Part shown: one piece after another, positions 39,063-48,919 of the stretch | How positions within the stretch are numbered: position 1 is the first letter of the stretch | How the letters are laid out: every line of letters starts with the position of its first letter | Assembly: GCA_963664325.2 (NCBI GenBank) | Contig: CAXXDQ010000006.1 | Span: 32,001 to 96,000 of the forward strand | DNA: 64,000 bases | DNA from: Desulfomonilia bacterium | GTDB taxonomy: Bacteria; Desulfobacterota; Desulfomonilia; UBA1062 | Direction of reading: 5' to 3' | The notes under the pieces: model-generated | Database searches by the model: none | What the model was told of the DNA's origin: nothing | Seen by the model: only the letters and a program-made list of their open reading frames with translations | Translations under genes and position numbers: made by a program

Positions 39063-40985
39063 ATGACAAGACTGCTTTATATCGGAAGGGTATTGCTGAG
39101 TTCGCTGGTACTTGTCTTTTCTTTTCAGATTTTCAGGGTATTTATGTTGACGGTTATCTGGAACCTCAGTCACTATCTGTCAGGGCCGTATTCCCTTGCT
39201 TTGTTTGCCCTGGCGGTCTTTGCATCTGTCCTCCTGCTGCCGGTGGTGAACAGAATAACCGGCAGCAGGGTCGTCATTGCCGTCTCGGGGGCCGGCATCG
39301 TCCTTATGCGGCTGGCCGTGCAGCTTGTTGCAGAACCGGCATACCTGATCATTCTTTCCACAGCCGGGGTTATAATGTTCCTGTTTTTTTTCACGGCCTG
39401 GATAAGTTCCCGGTTTAATTATGGCGGCGAATATCCTCCTGTAATGGCGGCGGGTTTTCCTTTGGCCATACTGATCGATGTCTGCAGCCGCTCACTGCTT
39501 TTCTCATATGACCTTATCTGGAGAAAGAACACCTGGGCTTTACTCGCCATTGCCGGAACCTCCCTTGTGATGCTGATCCTGCTCTGGGTGACGGTAGTTC
39601 ATGGCAAAAAGAACGACGAGGAAGGGGAACCCGGCTTCCTGCGATCGCTGCTGATAGCCGGCATCGGCCCATGGCTTTATCTGGGGATGGCTCTTTATCA
39701 GAATCCTTCGGCAGCGGCCGGGATTACGGGAATGACCGACATGCAGGTGCACATAATGATCTGTATAACAACTGCTGCAGGCGCATTCGCGGGGATGTTC
39801 ATTGCGCTCAGGCCGAAGAGTTTCAGGTTTGCCGTTGCATTGGCATTATCACTTGTCGTCATCGTTTCAACCTGGGGGATAATTGAGGCAAGAGGGTTTC
39901 AGATTTACCTGCTTTGTGCTGGGGCGGTGGCTATGTGGATGCTCCCGGGATTTGTCTTTGCCGGCTCGCCGGGGAAAAAGCAAGGCATGTTCGGGACCTC
40001 ATTCGGCGTGTTCCTGGGTTTTGTCCTTTTGCTTGTCCTTATTTTCCTTAATGCAAATTTCAATATATCAGGCGTGGGCATTGCCGCGTCCGTGATTGTC
40101 TCAATCGTTGCCGTATCGGTATCACTGACGCATATTGAATCGGTAAACTGGAAAAATGCCAAGGCCTGTCTGTCGCTGGTAGGCATCTTCTGCATAATTG
40201 CCGTGGGAGCCATTGACATGATGGCTCTTAAATACAAGCTTCCTTCAACTTACTGGCTTTTTCCGGGCAATAATATGAGGATATTGACCTATAATATCCA
40301 TCAGGGGCTGGATGCCGATTACAGGATGAACCTGGAAGGCATAATAAACGAGATCAAGAAGCTCAATCCGGATGTTGTCTGCCTGCAGGAAGTAAACCGG
40401 GCCCAGGTCTCAAACGGGCTTGTGGACTGCCTTATGCCGATAAGCCAAGCGCTCGGCATGTCCTATGCTTTCGGTGCAAACCATGACGACGGCCAATACG
40501 GTAATGCCGTTCTGACAAGGTACCCGATAAAGGACTGGGACAATCTCAAGTTTTTTAATAACTCGACAGAAACAAGGGGTACTCTGCATGCTGTTGTCAA
40601 GACAAAACAGACTGATGATGCAAAGAGTGATCTGAATATTTTTGTCACCCATCTTGACCATATTGCCGGTCCGAAAAATGTGCGGGAAAAACAGGTTCGT
40701 GAGGTGCTTGAGTTCTGGGCCAAAAAGCCAAGGGCGGTAATCGCGGGCGATCTCAATGCTGAACCGGACACGGCCGAGATGAAGCCATTTTATGCATCCG
40801 GGCTCAAGGATGCCCTGGAGCCTTCGGGAAAGAAATATGTGAAAACGTTCTGGGAGGGCTATGGCGAGCAGGCAATGAAACTTGACTATATATTTGTCTC
40901 AGGTGATCTCAATATCGCAGGTGTAATCATTGACAACTCCAGGGCCTCGGACCATAAACCGGTGGCAGTCGATATCGGAAGGTAA
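39063..40985 (+). CDS. Polytopic membrane protein fused to EEP (endonuclease/exonuclease/phosphatase) domain, PGAP2IP/CWH43-like architecture
   Basis: ~390 aa of hydrophobic helices then TYNIHQG, LQEV, GNAVL, THL, GDLN, DYIF, SDH. Confidence 0.85.
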   Translation: MTRLLYIGRVLLSSLVLVFSFQIFRVFMLTVIWNLSHYLSGPYSLALFALAVFASVLLLPVVNRITGSRVVIAVSGAGIVLMRLAVQLVAEPAYLIILSTAGVIMFLFFFTAWISSRFNYGGEYPPVMAAGFPLAILIDVCSRSLLFSYDLIWRKNTWALLAIAGTSLVMLILLWVTVVHGKKNDEEGEPGFLRSLLIAGIGPWLYLGMALYQNPSAAAGITGMTDMQVHIMICITTAAGAFAGMFIALRPKSFRFAVALALSLVVIVSTWGIIEARGFQIYLLCAGAVAMWMLPGFVFAGSPGKKQGMFGTSFGVFLGFVLLLVLIFLNANFNISGVGIAASVIVSIVAVSVSLTHIESVNWKNAKACLSLVGIFCIIAVGAIDMMALKYKLPSTYWLFPGNNMRILTYNIHQGLDADYRMNLEGIINEIKKLNPDVVCLQEVNRAQVSNGLVDCLMPISQALGMSYAFGANHDDGQYGNAVLTRYPIKDWDNLKFFNNSTETRGTLHAVVKTKQTDDAKSDLNIFVTHLDHIAGPKNVREKQVREVLEFWAKKPRAVIAGDLNAEPDTAEMKPFYASGLKDALEPSGKKYVKTFWEGYGEQAMKLDYIFVSGDLNIAGVIIDNSRASDHKPVAVDIGR

Positions 40986-40991
40986 GAGGCC

Positions 40992-41675
40992 ATGTCCGGG
41001 AGAAAAGCTGCCTTCTTCGATTTTGACAAAACCCTTTTGGACTGCGAGTCATCAAAGCTGCTGATAACTTATATGAGAAGGAATAGGGGCTATTTCTTTT
41101 CGGAAAAAGGAATATCTCCCGGCTATATTATCAAACTTCTTGTCTTAAACGAATTCTACAAGAGGCATATTTATTCCGACCAGAAGATGGCCCTCCTGCT
41201 GATCAGCTTTTTCAAAGGCAGAAGGCTCTCAACTTTCGAGGATATCGCCCCTGAGCTTTACCGGGATCATATCAGGCAGCACCTCTCTCCGGTCCTGATG
41301 GACCGTGTTGAGGGACACAGGAAAGAGGGCGACCTTCTGGTGCTTATTTCAGCCGGGCTCAGGTATATCCTGAACGTGGTAAAAACGGAGCTCGGATTTG
41401 ACCATCTTTTATGCACCGACCTTGAAACGGGCACCGGCGGTCTCCTGACGGGAAAGGTTTCAGGGGCAGTATGCATCGGTGCCAACAAGAAGCTTATGTG
41501 CGAAATACTGGCCAGGAAGGAGGGTATCGATCTCGAATCGTCAAGCGCTTACGGCAACCACCAGTCGGATATCCCGATGCTTAGCGCGGTCGGTCATGCC
41601 TTTGTGGTGGAACCCACCGGGCCTCTGCTCAGAGTCGCCCTTAAGAAGGACTGGCCGGTGTTGAGATTCAGATAA
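40992..41675 (+). CDS. HAD-superfamily IB hydrolase (SerB1/lipid phosphatase-like)
   Basis: FFDFDKTL, ISA, K, AYGN..SD.PML. Confidence 0.88.
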   Translation: MSGRKAAFFDFDKTLLDCESSKLLITYMRRNRGYFFSEKGISPGYIIKLLVLNEFYKRHIYSDQKMALLLISFFKGRRLSTFEDIAPELYRDHIRQHLSPVLMDRVEGHRKEGDLLVLISAGLRYILNVVKTELGFDHLLCTDLETGTGGLLTGKVSGAVCIGANKKLMCEILARKEGIDLESSSAYGNHQSDIPMLSAVGHAFVVEPTGPLLRVALKKDWPVLRFR

Positions 41676-41837
41676 GGTAAGCCGTTTTTTGTCGGCCTAA
41701 TCTGCACACGTCGTATAATTAATAAACTTAACAACTAATAACACTTAACGCCATTACACTTTTTTATACTTAACCCTTGAATGCAGGGTTAATAGTGACT
41801 ATCAGTATACAGTAAACAAATAAACCGGAGGTAACTC

Positions 41838-41945
41838 ATGAAGAAGCTTTGCAAAACAACGGTAATACTGGGCATTCTGGCTGGCATCGGGTATCTTGTC
41901 TGTACAAAGATGTGTAAAAAAGAAGATTGCGGCTGCAAGAAGTAG
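41838..41945 (+). CDS. 35-aa Cys-rich single-TM peptide (absent from ORF track)
   Basis: GGAGGT RBS; MKKLCKTTVILGILAGIGYLVCTKMCKKEDCGCKK*; own terminator. Confidence 0.75.
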   Translation: MKKLCKTTVILGILAGIGYLVCTKMCKKEDCGCKK

Positions 41946-41958
41946 GTTAAAAGAGTAT

Positions 41959-41985
41959 GGGGCAGATCCTGCCCCGTCTTTTTTT
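41959..41985 (+). terminator. Rho-independent terminator
   Basis: GGGGCAG-ATC-CTGCCCC followed by GTCTTTTTTT. Confidence 0.8.
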
Positions 41986-42022
41986 AAGAAATGATCTTTG
42001 CCAGATGTATATATCCGCCAGA

Positions 42023-42691
42023 TTATCGCTTTACCCAGCGACCGGCTATAAAAGCGCCTGTATCAAGTCCGGCAGAAGCCCCTTTTTTTTCGATTTCCAT
42101 GGCCTGACGGGGGTCTGAATCATCGGGAAAATATATTGCCGTTTTGGTTATGCACTTGGAACCAATAAGATTTGCCAGTTCATCGGGTGAGCGGAATACG
42201 GCATGCGCGAATATGCCTCCTTCTTTATCTGCGTTTTTTCTTCTTTTCCCGGCCCAGGGGCTCAGGCTGTTGAGCGTTGCAGCGACTATGGTACCGCCAG
42301 GTTTTGTCACCCTTTCAAGTTCGCTTAAGGCCCGGGAGGCGTCTTTGATGAATTCGATTGCAGTAATCGTTACCGTCTTGTCGAAGGCGCAGTCTATAAA
42401 AGGGAGCCTCAGCATATCCGCGCAGACGCAGGTGAATCCGTTTCCGGTTTTACGTAAGGCCTTCTTCAGCATCGGCTTCGATATGTCGACTCCTGTAACT
42501 GAGGCCCCTTTACTGATAATGTCCGATGTGAATATTCCTGTCCCGCAGCCTGCATCGAGAATATGATCTCCTGCTTGAGGCTTGAGCATCGTAAGGATAA
42601 GGTCTAATTCGAATTCTTTGATCAGCTTTCCCAGAGGGGTCGAAAACCATTTTTCATAATCATCCGGCCAGTTGTCGAACAGTTCGGGCAT
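42023..42691 (-). CDS. Class I SAM-dependent methyltransferase
   Basis: ILDAGCGTG, GVDIS, LPF...FD, RVTKPGG. Confidence 0.9.
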   Translation of the reverse strand: MPELFDNWPDDYEKWFSTPLGKLIKEFELDLILTMLKPQAGDHILDAGCGTGIFTSDIISKGASVTGVDISKPMLKKALRKTGNGFTCVCADMLRLPFIDCAFDKTVTITAIEFIKDASRALSELERVTKPGGTIVAATLNSLSPWAGKRRKNADKEGGIFAHAVFRSPDELANLIGSKCITKTAIYFPDDSDPRQAMEIEKKGASAGLDTGAFIAGRWVKR

Positions 42692-42706
42692 ATCCGTATT
42701 GCCGGG

Positions 42707-44335
42707 CTACATCATGGTCACGCGCCACAAAAGGCCCATGGCTGGGATGATGAACCAGAGCGATTTGACATAGACCAGGTAAAGCCTGCTGTCGAAGATG
42801 ATGTGATCGTTGTAGATGTCAATTCCTTTTGCCAGGAAGAACAGCGATGGCAGCAGACCATAGGCAAGTGCGGGTGTGAGCTTGAGCGGAAATCCCAGGA
42901 ACAGGATCAGGGCCAGACCCATGATCGTATATTCCATGACCATTATGCCGCGGGTTTCGCTGATATACCTGGCCAGACTGAGGCGCCCCATGATGGCGTC
43001 CCGCTCCATATTCTTGAGTCCAACAAGAATGTCGGAACCCAGATACTGAACGCATGAAAATATGGCCAGGAGAAGAATGCCGGGTTTTGCCGGCGCCGCC
43101 ATCATGCTTAACGGGACGATTATGGAAACCAGAAGAAAGAGCACCATGCAGTAGATGCTCCTCATGTAATCCTTTATCCTTATCGTGCTCAGGATGGGCC
43201 TTAAGAGAGAAACACCCGCGGCAAGAATTCCTGCGGCAAGACCGGAGCCTATAATGGCTACCGAAATGGCCAGACCGGTGCAGATGCTCCACCTTATGAA
43301 CATGTTGAAATCCCATTTAAAGTCAAGAGTGGCGAAAGCCAGGAAGAATACGGCCACGAAAACGTCCCATTTGTAAGTAAGATCACAGAATACCAGGGCG
43401 GCCATTGCTACGCCCACCGCTCCCATCGCTGTAGCAAAAGGTGTTTTGGCGATCAGGTTAAGCGCCCTGTTTTTTATGCCCGATGACTTGTCGATGGTCC
43501 TGAGGTTTTCAATGCATTCCTCTATCACCCACTGGGGAGTTGAAGCGCCTGCAATGATCGCCACATTGAGCATGTCCGTCGTGTCGAGGTTTTTGAGCTG
43601 GCCGGCATTCTCCACTCTTATCACATGCCGGTTCTGCTTCTGGGCTAGTTCTGCAAGCCTTTTCGTGTTTGCAGAGTTTCTGCCGCCTATGACGATAAAC
43701 GTATCATGGTCTTTTGAAAGGTCTTCGACCTCCTTCTGTCTGTCAACTGTTGAACGGCAGATGGTGTCGTTTATGTCCAGCACCTCGACCCTCTCCTTCA
43801 GGACTTTCAGTATATCTTTGTAAAGAGCGACATCGAATGTGGTCTGCGCAACGACCGCCAGGCGTTTGACCGCAGGGACTGCCTTTGCGTCCTCTATGCT
43901 CTGTACGGGTATGCCTTTCCCGCCGGCAACTCCCAGATGCGCCTCCATCTCGGGATGATCCCTGTCGCCTACTATCGCTATGGCATCCGCATTTTTTGCA
44001 GCCTTCTTGATGATTGCGTGGACTTTGAGCACCATGGGACAGGTGGCGTCTATTACCCGCACCCCGCGTTCTTTCAGAACCCCTTTTTTCTCAGGAGAGA
44101 TGCCGTGCGCCCGGATAATGGCTATGTCACCGGATTTGAGCTTTGGATCGAGTATGTCGTTGACGATGCCGATGCCCCTTCTGGAGATGGCATCTATGAC
44201 CTGAGGGTTATGAATTATCGGGCCAACCGTAAATATTCTTGCACCCGGGTTTTTCTGCCTGATCTTGAAGGTTACATCAATAGCCCTTCTGACACCGAAG
44301 CAGAACCCGGCATGCCTGGCAATTGTAATTTTCAT
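42707..44335 (-). CDS. ispH: HMBPP reductase IspH fused to UbiA-like membrane domain
   Basis: GFCFGV, IIHN, AHG, DATCP, HPE, QTT, TIC..T..RQ, SANT, AGASTP; then ~250 aa hydrophobic C-terminal region. Confidence 0.92.
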   Translation of the reverse strand: MKITIARHAGFCFGVRRAIDVTFKIRQKNPGARIFTVGPIIHNPQVIDAISRRGIGIVNDILDPKLKSGDIAIIRAHGISPEKKGVLKERGVRVIDATCPMVLKVHAIIKKAAKNADAIAIVGDRDHPEMEAHLGVAGGKGIPVQSIEDAKAVPAVKRLAVVAQTTFDVALYKDILKVLKERVEVLDINDTICRSTVDRQKEVEDLSKDHDTFIVIGGRNSANTKRLAELAQKQNRHVIRVENAGQLKNLDTTDMLNVAIIAGASTPQWVIEECIENLRTIDKSSGIKNRALNLIAKTPFATAMGAVGVAMAALVFCDLTYKWDVFVAVFFLAFATLDFKWDFNMFIRWSICTGLAISVAIIGSGLAAGILAAGVSLLRPILSTIRIKDYMRSIYCMVLFLLVSIIVPLSMMAAPAKPGILLLAIFSCVQYLGSDILVGLKNMERDAIMGRLSLARYISETRGIMVMEYTIMGLALILFLGFPLKLTPALAYGLLPSLFFLAKGIDIYNDHIIFDSRLYLVYVKSLWFIIPAMGLLWRVTMM

Positions 44336-44338
44336 CCA

Positions 44339-45067
44339 TCATTTCCCAAAAGCACAGTAAATTAGATACTCCTGGTTGCCCTTTGCCCCTTTGACGGGGG
44401 AAGGGATATTACCAAGAGGTATAAGTCCTATTGAATAAAGAAATTCTTTTATATTTTCAACAACAGATATTGCCGTGTCCTCATCTTTTATTATACCTTT
44501 TTTGGTCATGCCCTTTCCCGCCTCGAATTGCGGTTTAACAAGTGCCACAATCTCCGAGGGCTTTTTGAGGATATTAAGAACGGGCGGGATCACCAGTCTG
44601 AGCGAAATAAATGATACGTCAAAGACGGCAATATCGCATGGTTCTGGAATCAGGGACCTCTCGATGGTTCTTGCGTTCACCTTTTCCAGGCAGACAACAC
44701 GAGGGTCATTTCTGAGTCGGTAGTGAAGTTGCGAATGGCCGACATCCACTGCATAAACCCTGGAAGCACCCCTCTGCAGCAACAGATCGGTAAACCCGCC
44801 TGTCGAGGCGCCCACATCAACGGCCACCTTGTCCTTGATCTCGATTTTGAATGCATCCACAGCGGCCTCGAGTTTGTACCCGGCCCTGCTTACATAAGGA
44901 CATCTTTTTTTTACAGCGATTATTGCATCGGTGTTTACGGGTGTGCCGGCTTTTGAGATTACCCGGCCGTCTACAGTAACCTGGCCTGCCATGACAAGCG
45001 AAAGGGCTCTGGCCCTCGATTCAGCAAGGCCGCGTTCCGTCAGGATTTTATCAAGCCTTTCCTTCAT
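44339..45067 (-). CDS. tlyA: TlyA family rRNA 2'-O-methyltransferase
   Basis: S4 domain ERLD, YVSRAG.KL, DVGASTGGFTD, DVSFISL, KPQFE, GNQEYL. Confidence 0.93.
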   Translation of the reverse strand: MKERLDKILTERGLAESRARALSLVMAGQVTVDGRVISKAGTPVNTDAIIAVKKRCPYVSRAGYKLEAAVDAFKIEIKDKVAVDVGASTGGFTDLLLQRGASRVYAVDVGHSQLHYRLRNDPRVVCLEKVNARTIERSLIPEPCDIAVFDVSFISLRLVIPPVLNILKKPSEIVALVKPQFEAGKGMTKKGIIKDEDTAISVVENIKEFLYSIGLIPLGNIPSPVKGAKGNQEYLIYCAFGK

Positions 45068-46916
45068 CCGACATTACTTGACTGATTGCCGACCTGATAC
45101 CGTCAGCATCCATACCCAGCCGGACCCTGAGTTCAGGGATTTTACCGTGTTCGACAAATCTGTCAGGTATTCCCACAAGCCTGTATGTTATGGGCAGGTT
45201 GATCCCTGAAAGGCCTTCCAGGACTGCAGACCCTGCACCGCCTGTTATTGTTCCGTCTTCTATGACTATGAATTTCCCGCCGCATTTTTTAACACTTTCC
45301 CTCACCAGGTCTTCGTCCAGTGGTTTGATGCTCCTCAAGTCTACAATCAAGGCGTCTGTTGACTCCGCCGCCTTGAGCGCCTCATAGATGAGCGGCCCTG
45401 TGCAGAATATTGCCACTTCCTTTCCATCTTTTATGACCTCGGCTTTTCCCGGGACAAAGCCTTTGAAGTCAAGCGGGTCTGTTATTGACGTGTCCCTGGG
45501 GTAGCGTATCGCAACCGGTTCGTTCATGAGAAGGGCGTATTTGAGCATTTCTTTCAACATGACCTGGTCTCTCGGCGCCAGGAGAATGATGTTTGGGATA
45601 TCCCTCATAAAGGCTATATCGAAAGCGCCATTGTGTGTCGGTCCGTCCTGGCCGACAATACCGGCCCTGTCAATGGCGAATATGACGGGAAGTTTCTGAA
45701 GGGCCACGTCATGTATTATTTCATCATATGCCCTCTGAAAGAATGTCGAGTATATGGCCACGACCGGCCTGAGTCCGTACATTGCCATCCCCGCTGCCAT
45801 TGTCACCGCATGGCCTTCCGCAATGCCCACATCAAAGAACCTGTCTGGGAATTCCGAGGCAAAGGCATCAAGGCCGGTCCCTTTCTTCATTGCGGCAGTT
45901 ATTGCTACAATTCTTTCATCCTCTTTTGCAAGTTCGACAAGGGCTTCCCCGAAAACATCCGAATATAAGGGAAGCCGCGCCTTTGTTTTTGACTCGCCGT
46001 TGAGCTTGTGGAAAGTTCCTATACCATGGAAGTTTTCCGGATTGAGATAAGCCGGACCATAGCCATAACCTTTTTTAGTTATTACATGCATGAAAATCGG
46101 GCCGTCAATCTTTGATATATTGTCGAAAGCCTCCACCAGATGCGCCATATTATGCCCGTCAATCGGGCCGATGTACCTGAAGCCGATCTGTTCGAAAAGG
46201 GTCCCGCCGGATGAGACGACGCCCTTGAGGTTGCCCTCTATATGCTTGCCTATTTTATACAGTCTGTTCCCGACAATGGGCAGGCCGAAAATCGTCGCTT
46301 TAAGCCTCTCCTTTACACTCCTGATCTTCCTGGATGTCATGAGCCTGCTCAGGTAATCGGCCAGGGCGCCCACCCTGGTTGATATGAACATCTCGTTGTC
46401 ATTGAGGATCACGAGCAGGTTCATCTGCTGCATGCCCACGAAGTTGAGTCCCTCAAAAGTAAGCCCGTTGGAAAGGGATCCGTCACCGATAACTGCTATC
46501 ACGCGGTCTTTGATCCCCTGTTTCCTGAATGCCTCGCTGATTCCGCTTGCGGCGGAAATGGCGTTTCCCGCATGTCCTGAGATGAATGAGTCATAGCTGC
46601 TCTCTTCCGGGTTTATAAAAGGGCTCAGCCCGCCCGCCTGTCTCAATTCGGAGAATTTATCTTTTCTGCCGGTTATGATCTTGTGAGAATAGCTCTGGTG
46701 GCCCACATCCCAGACAACCCTGTCCTTAGGAGTATTGAATACGTAATGAAGAGCCAGCGTGAGATCAACGGCACCAAGGCTCGATGCAAGGTGCCCGCCC
46801 GTTTCACTTACATTATGGATTATGAATTCCCGTATTTCCTTGGCCAGCAGTTCAAGCTGGGCTGTCGTGAGGCTTTTCAGATCATCAGGGTTCGTAATCT
46901 TATCAAGCAGGCCCAT
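45051..46916 (-). CDS. dxs: 1-deoxy-D-xylulose-5-phosphate synthase
   Basis: GGHLASSLG, WDVGHQ, GDGS, DVGIAEGHAV, YSTF, DRAGIVGQDGPTH. Confidence 0.96.
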   Translation of the reverse strand: MGLLDKITNPDDLKSLTTAQLELLAKEIREFIIHNVSETGGHLASSLGAVDLTLALHYVFNTPKDRVVWDVGHQSYSHKIITGRKDKFSELRQAGGLSPFINPEESSYDSFISGHAGNAISAASGISEAFRKQGIKDRVIAVIGDGSLSNGLTFEGLNFVGMQQMNLLVILNDNEMFISTRVGALADYLSRLMTSRKIRSVKERLKATIFGLPIVGNRLYKIGKHIEGNLKGVVSSGGTLFEQIGFRYIGPIDGHNMAHLVEAFDNISKIDGPIFMHVITKKGYGYGPAYLNPENFHGIGTFHKLNGESKTKARLPLYSDVFGEALVELAKEDERIVAITAAMKKGTGLDAFASEFPDRFFDVGIAEGHAVTMAAGMAMYGLRPVVAIYSTFFQRAYDEIIHDVALQKLPVIFAIDRAGIVGQDGPTHNGAFDIAFMRDIPNIILLAPRDQVMLKEMLKYALLMNEPVAIRYPRDTSITDPLDFKGFVPGKAEVIKDGKEVAIFCTGPLIYEALKAAESTDALIVDLRSIKPLDEDLVRESVKKCGGKFIVIEDGTITGGAGSAVLEGLSGINLPITYRLVGIPDRFVEHGKIPELRVRLGMDADGIRSAISQVMSDEGKA

Positions 46917-46919
46917 TTT

Positions 46920-47789
46920 CTAGTTCACCCTTTTAAGCATATCGTGCGCAATGTTTTCGAGATGAGGGACGTTCAGTCCCTTGAGAGCGGCGAGTGCAAG
47001 GTCGGTCTGTTCCTGCGCCCATTTTAGTGTCTCCTGGACGCCCAGCACCCTGACTATGGTGGCCTTTTCCTGGAGTATATCCTTGCCGGCGGTCTTGCCG
47101 AGGTTGCCTGAATCTGAAGTGACGTCAAGGATATCGTCTATGGCCTGGAATGCAAGACCAAGATGCCTGCCGTATACCTTCATCGCTTTCAGCATATCCG
47201 TTGGAGCGCAGGCTATCCTGGCACCCGTGTAAGTGGAGAGTTCAAACAGCCTGGAGGTTTTTCTCAGGTATATATCGGTAATTCCTTTGAGGTTTATTGC
47301 CTTTTTTTCCGCCATGATGTCATCATATTCACCTTTAATAAGGCCGTCCAACCCGCATGAATTTGCAATTGCGCAGGTTATATCGGATATGGCGTCAGCC
47401 GGAAGGCCTGACCCGGCAACAATGGAAAAAGCCTCAAATATCAGGGCATCGCCTGCGAGGATGGCAGTTGCTTCACCGAATGTTTTATGGCAGGTGGGCT
47501 TTCCCCTTCTGAGATCGTCGTTGTCAATTGCCGGCAGGTCGTCATGTATCAGGCTGAAGGTATGTATCATTTCTATGGCAAGTCCCGCCGGCAGTGTAAG
47601 GGCAGGATTTCCGCCGCATGCATCGGCTGCCAGCATGACGATTACAGGCCTGAGCCTTTTCCCTCCTGCAGACAGGCTGTATGTGCATGCAATGTTAAGG
47701 CCGCCCGAGTTCTCAAATCTGTTTATATAGGAATTGAGGTAATCCTCAAATATGGCTTTATATGAACTGATCTTGCCTGCTGTATCCAA
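46920..47789 (-). CDS. ispA: Farnesyl/geranylgeranyl diphosphate synthase
   Basis: GGKRLRP, SLIHDDLP..DNDDLRRG, KT, FQ..DDILD; TTG start with GGAGG RBS. Confidence 0.92.
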   Translation of the reverse strand: MDTAGKISSYKAIFEDYLNSYINRFENSGGLNIACTYSLSAGGKRLRPVIVMLAADACGGNPALTLPAGLAIEMIHTFSLIHDDLPAIDNDDLRRGKPTCHKTFGEATAILAGDALIFEAFSIVAGSGLPADAISDITCAIANSCGLDGLIKGEYDDIMAEKKAINLKGITDIYLRKTSRLFELSTYTGARIACAPTDMLKAMKVYGRHLGLAFQAIDDILDVTSDSGNLGKTAGKDILQEKATIVRVLGVQETLKWAQEQTDLALAALKGLNVPHLENIAHDMLKRVN

Positions 47790-47846
47790 AAGCTACCTCC
47801 AAGGAAATTGCCATATCATGCTAAAAGGCTTTCTTCAAGTTTCGCC

Positions 47847-48821
47847 TTACTGCACAGGAGTTTCCTGAGCGCCATCAGTCTCACTCTCCGGCAGGGGAAG
47901 GGACAGTTCGGTAAATATGCCCATAACCGACTTAACATAATAACTGTTATGATTGTAGTTCCAGATTGCCTGTTTGCGGCTGGTTTCATCCTCTTTCCAG
48001 CCGCCTCTGTTAAGATAGTTGGCAATGCTTGCAATGGCATCTTCCATTGAAAAAGGGTCCCTGATGCCGTCTGAATTGCCGTCTTTAAAATAATTCACCA
48101 CGCTTGACGGGATGAACTGCGCAGGTCCTATCGCACCCGCATATGAGCCCTTGAATTCAAGAGGGTCCATATCAAGCTCATCGGAAAGCCTGATGATATC
48201 TTTTATTTCCCTTAACGCCCACTCCCCTTTTACAATAGCAGTCATCCTTGTCGATTCAGTGTCAATTCCAGTGTAGCGATCCCTGTTTCTCTGGATGAAG
48301 CCTTCAAGAAAGTCGGGATTAATACATGCCGCAAGGTTCAGATAGGCATTAAAGACATGATACCTCTCATAATCCCTGCCCAGTTTGGATTCTATAATAA
48401 GTATCGCTGTTATAGCTTCTGCCGGGACATGGTATTCCGATTCGATAAACACGAAAGTATCATGCCGGTCTTTGATAAACTGCCTTCCCAGGTCAATATA
48501 TTTCTGATCAACATAGCGGGGCGGTTTTTTTATTGTTTCAGGCTGTACTGCAGGCTGGGGGGCCTGATTTGCATCGGTGTTAATAACGGGCTTGGCCTGC
48601 GGTTTCGGCTGATAAAGATTCTGGATAAGTACGGAATTATTGTAGACCGTTCTTGGGTCTTCAAGAATCTGGTCGGACATTGACGGCTCGAAACCCTTAT
48701 CGAGCAGGAGCATCCTCAAGAAATTCCTGTCCAGGTAGTCTCCGGTGTATGCCGGAGTCGAGGATAATAAAATCATCACCGCTGAAATTATACTCCAAAG
48801 GTAATTTATCCTGTACTCCAT
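47847..48821 (-). CDS. Lytic murein transglycosylase (MltB/SLT_2 family)
   Basis: AIL.IES, GSYAGAIGPAQFIPSS, DGNSDG..D, SIANYL, YNH. Confidence 0.88.
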   Translation of the reverse strand: MEYRINYLWSIISAVMILLSSTPAYTGDYLDRNFLRMLLLDKGFEPSMSDQILEDPRTVYNNSVLIQNLYQPKPQAKPVINTDANQAPQPAVQPETIKKPPRYVDQKYIDLGRQFIKDRHDTFVFIESEYHVPAEAITAILIIESKLGRDYERYHVFNAYLNLAACINPDFLEGFIQRNRDRYTGIDTESTRMTAIVKGEWALREIKDIIRLSDELDMDPLEFKGSYAGAIGPAQFIPSSVVNYFKDGNSDGIRDPFSMEDAIASIANYLNRGGWKEDETSRKQAIWNYNHNSYYVKSVMGIFTELSLPLPESETDGAQETPVQ

Positions 48822-48919
48822 AGGATTACAATATACCGTGTTTCAGGATTCCACAAGCTCTGTCAAGCTGGCTCTATTGTCTTGACTTGTGACTTGAGGC
48901 AGGAATAAAGAGGACTTTT

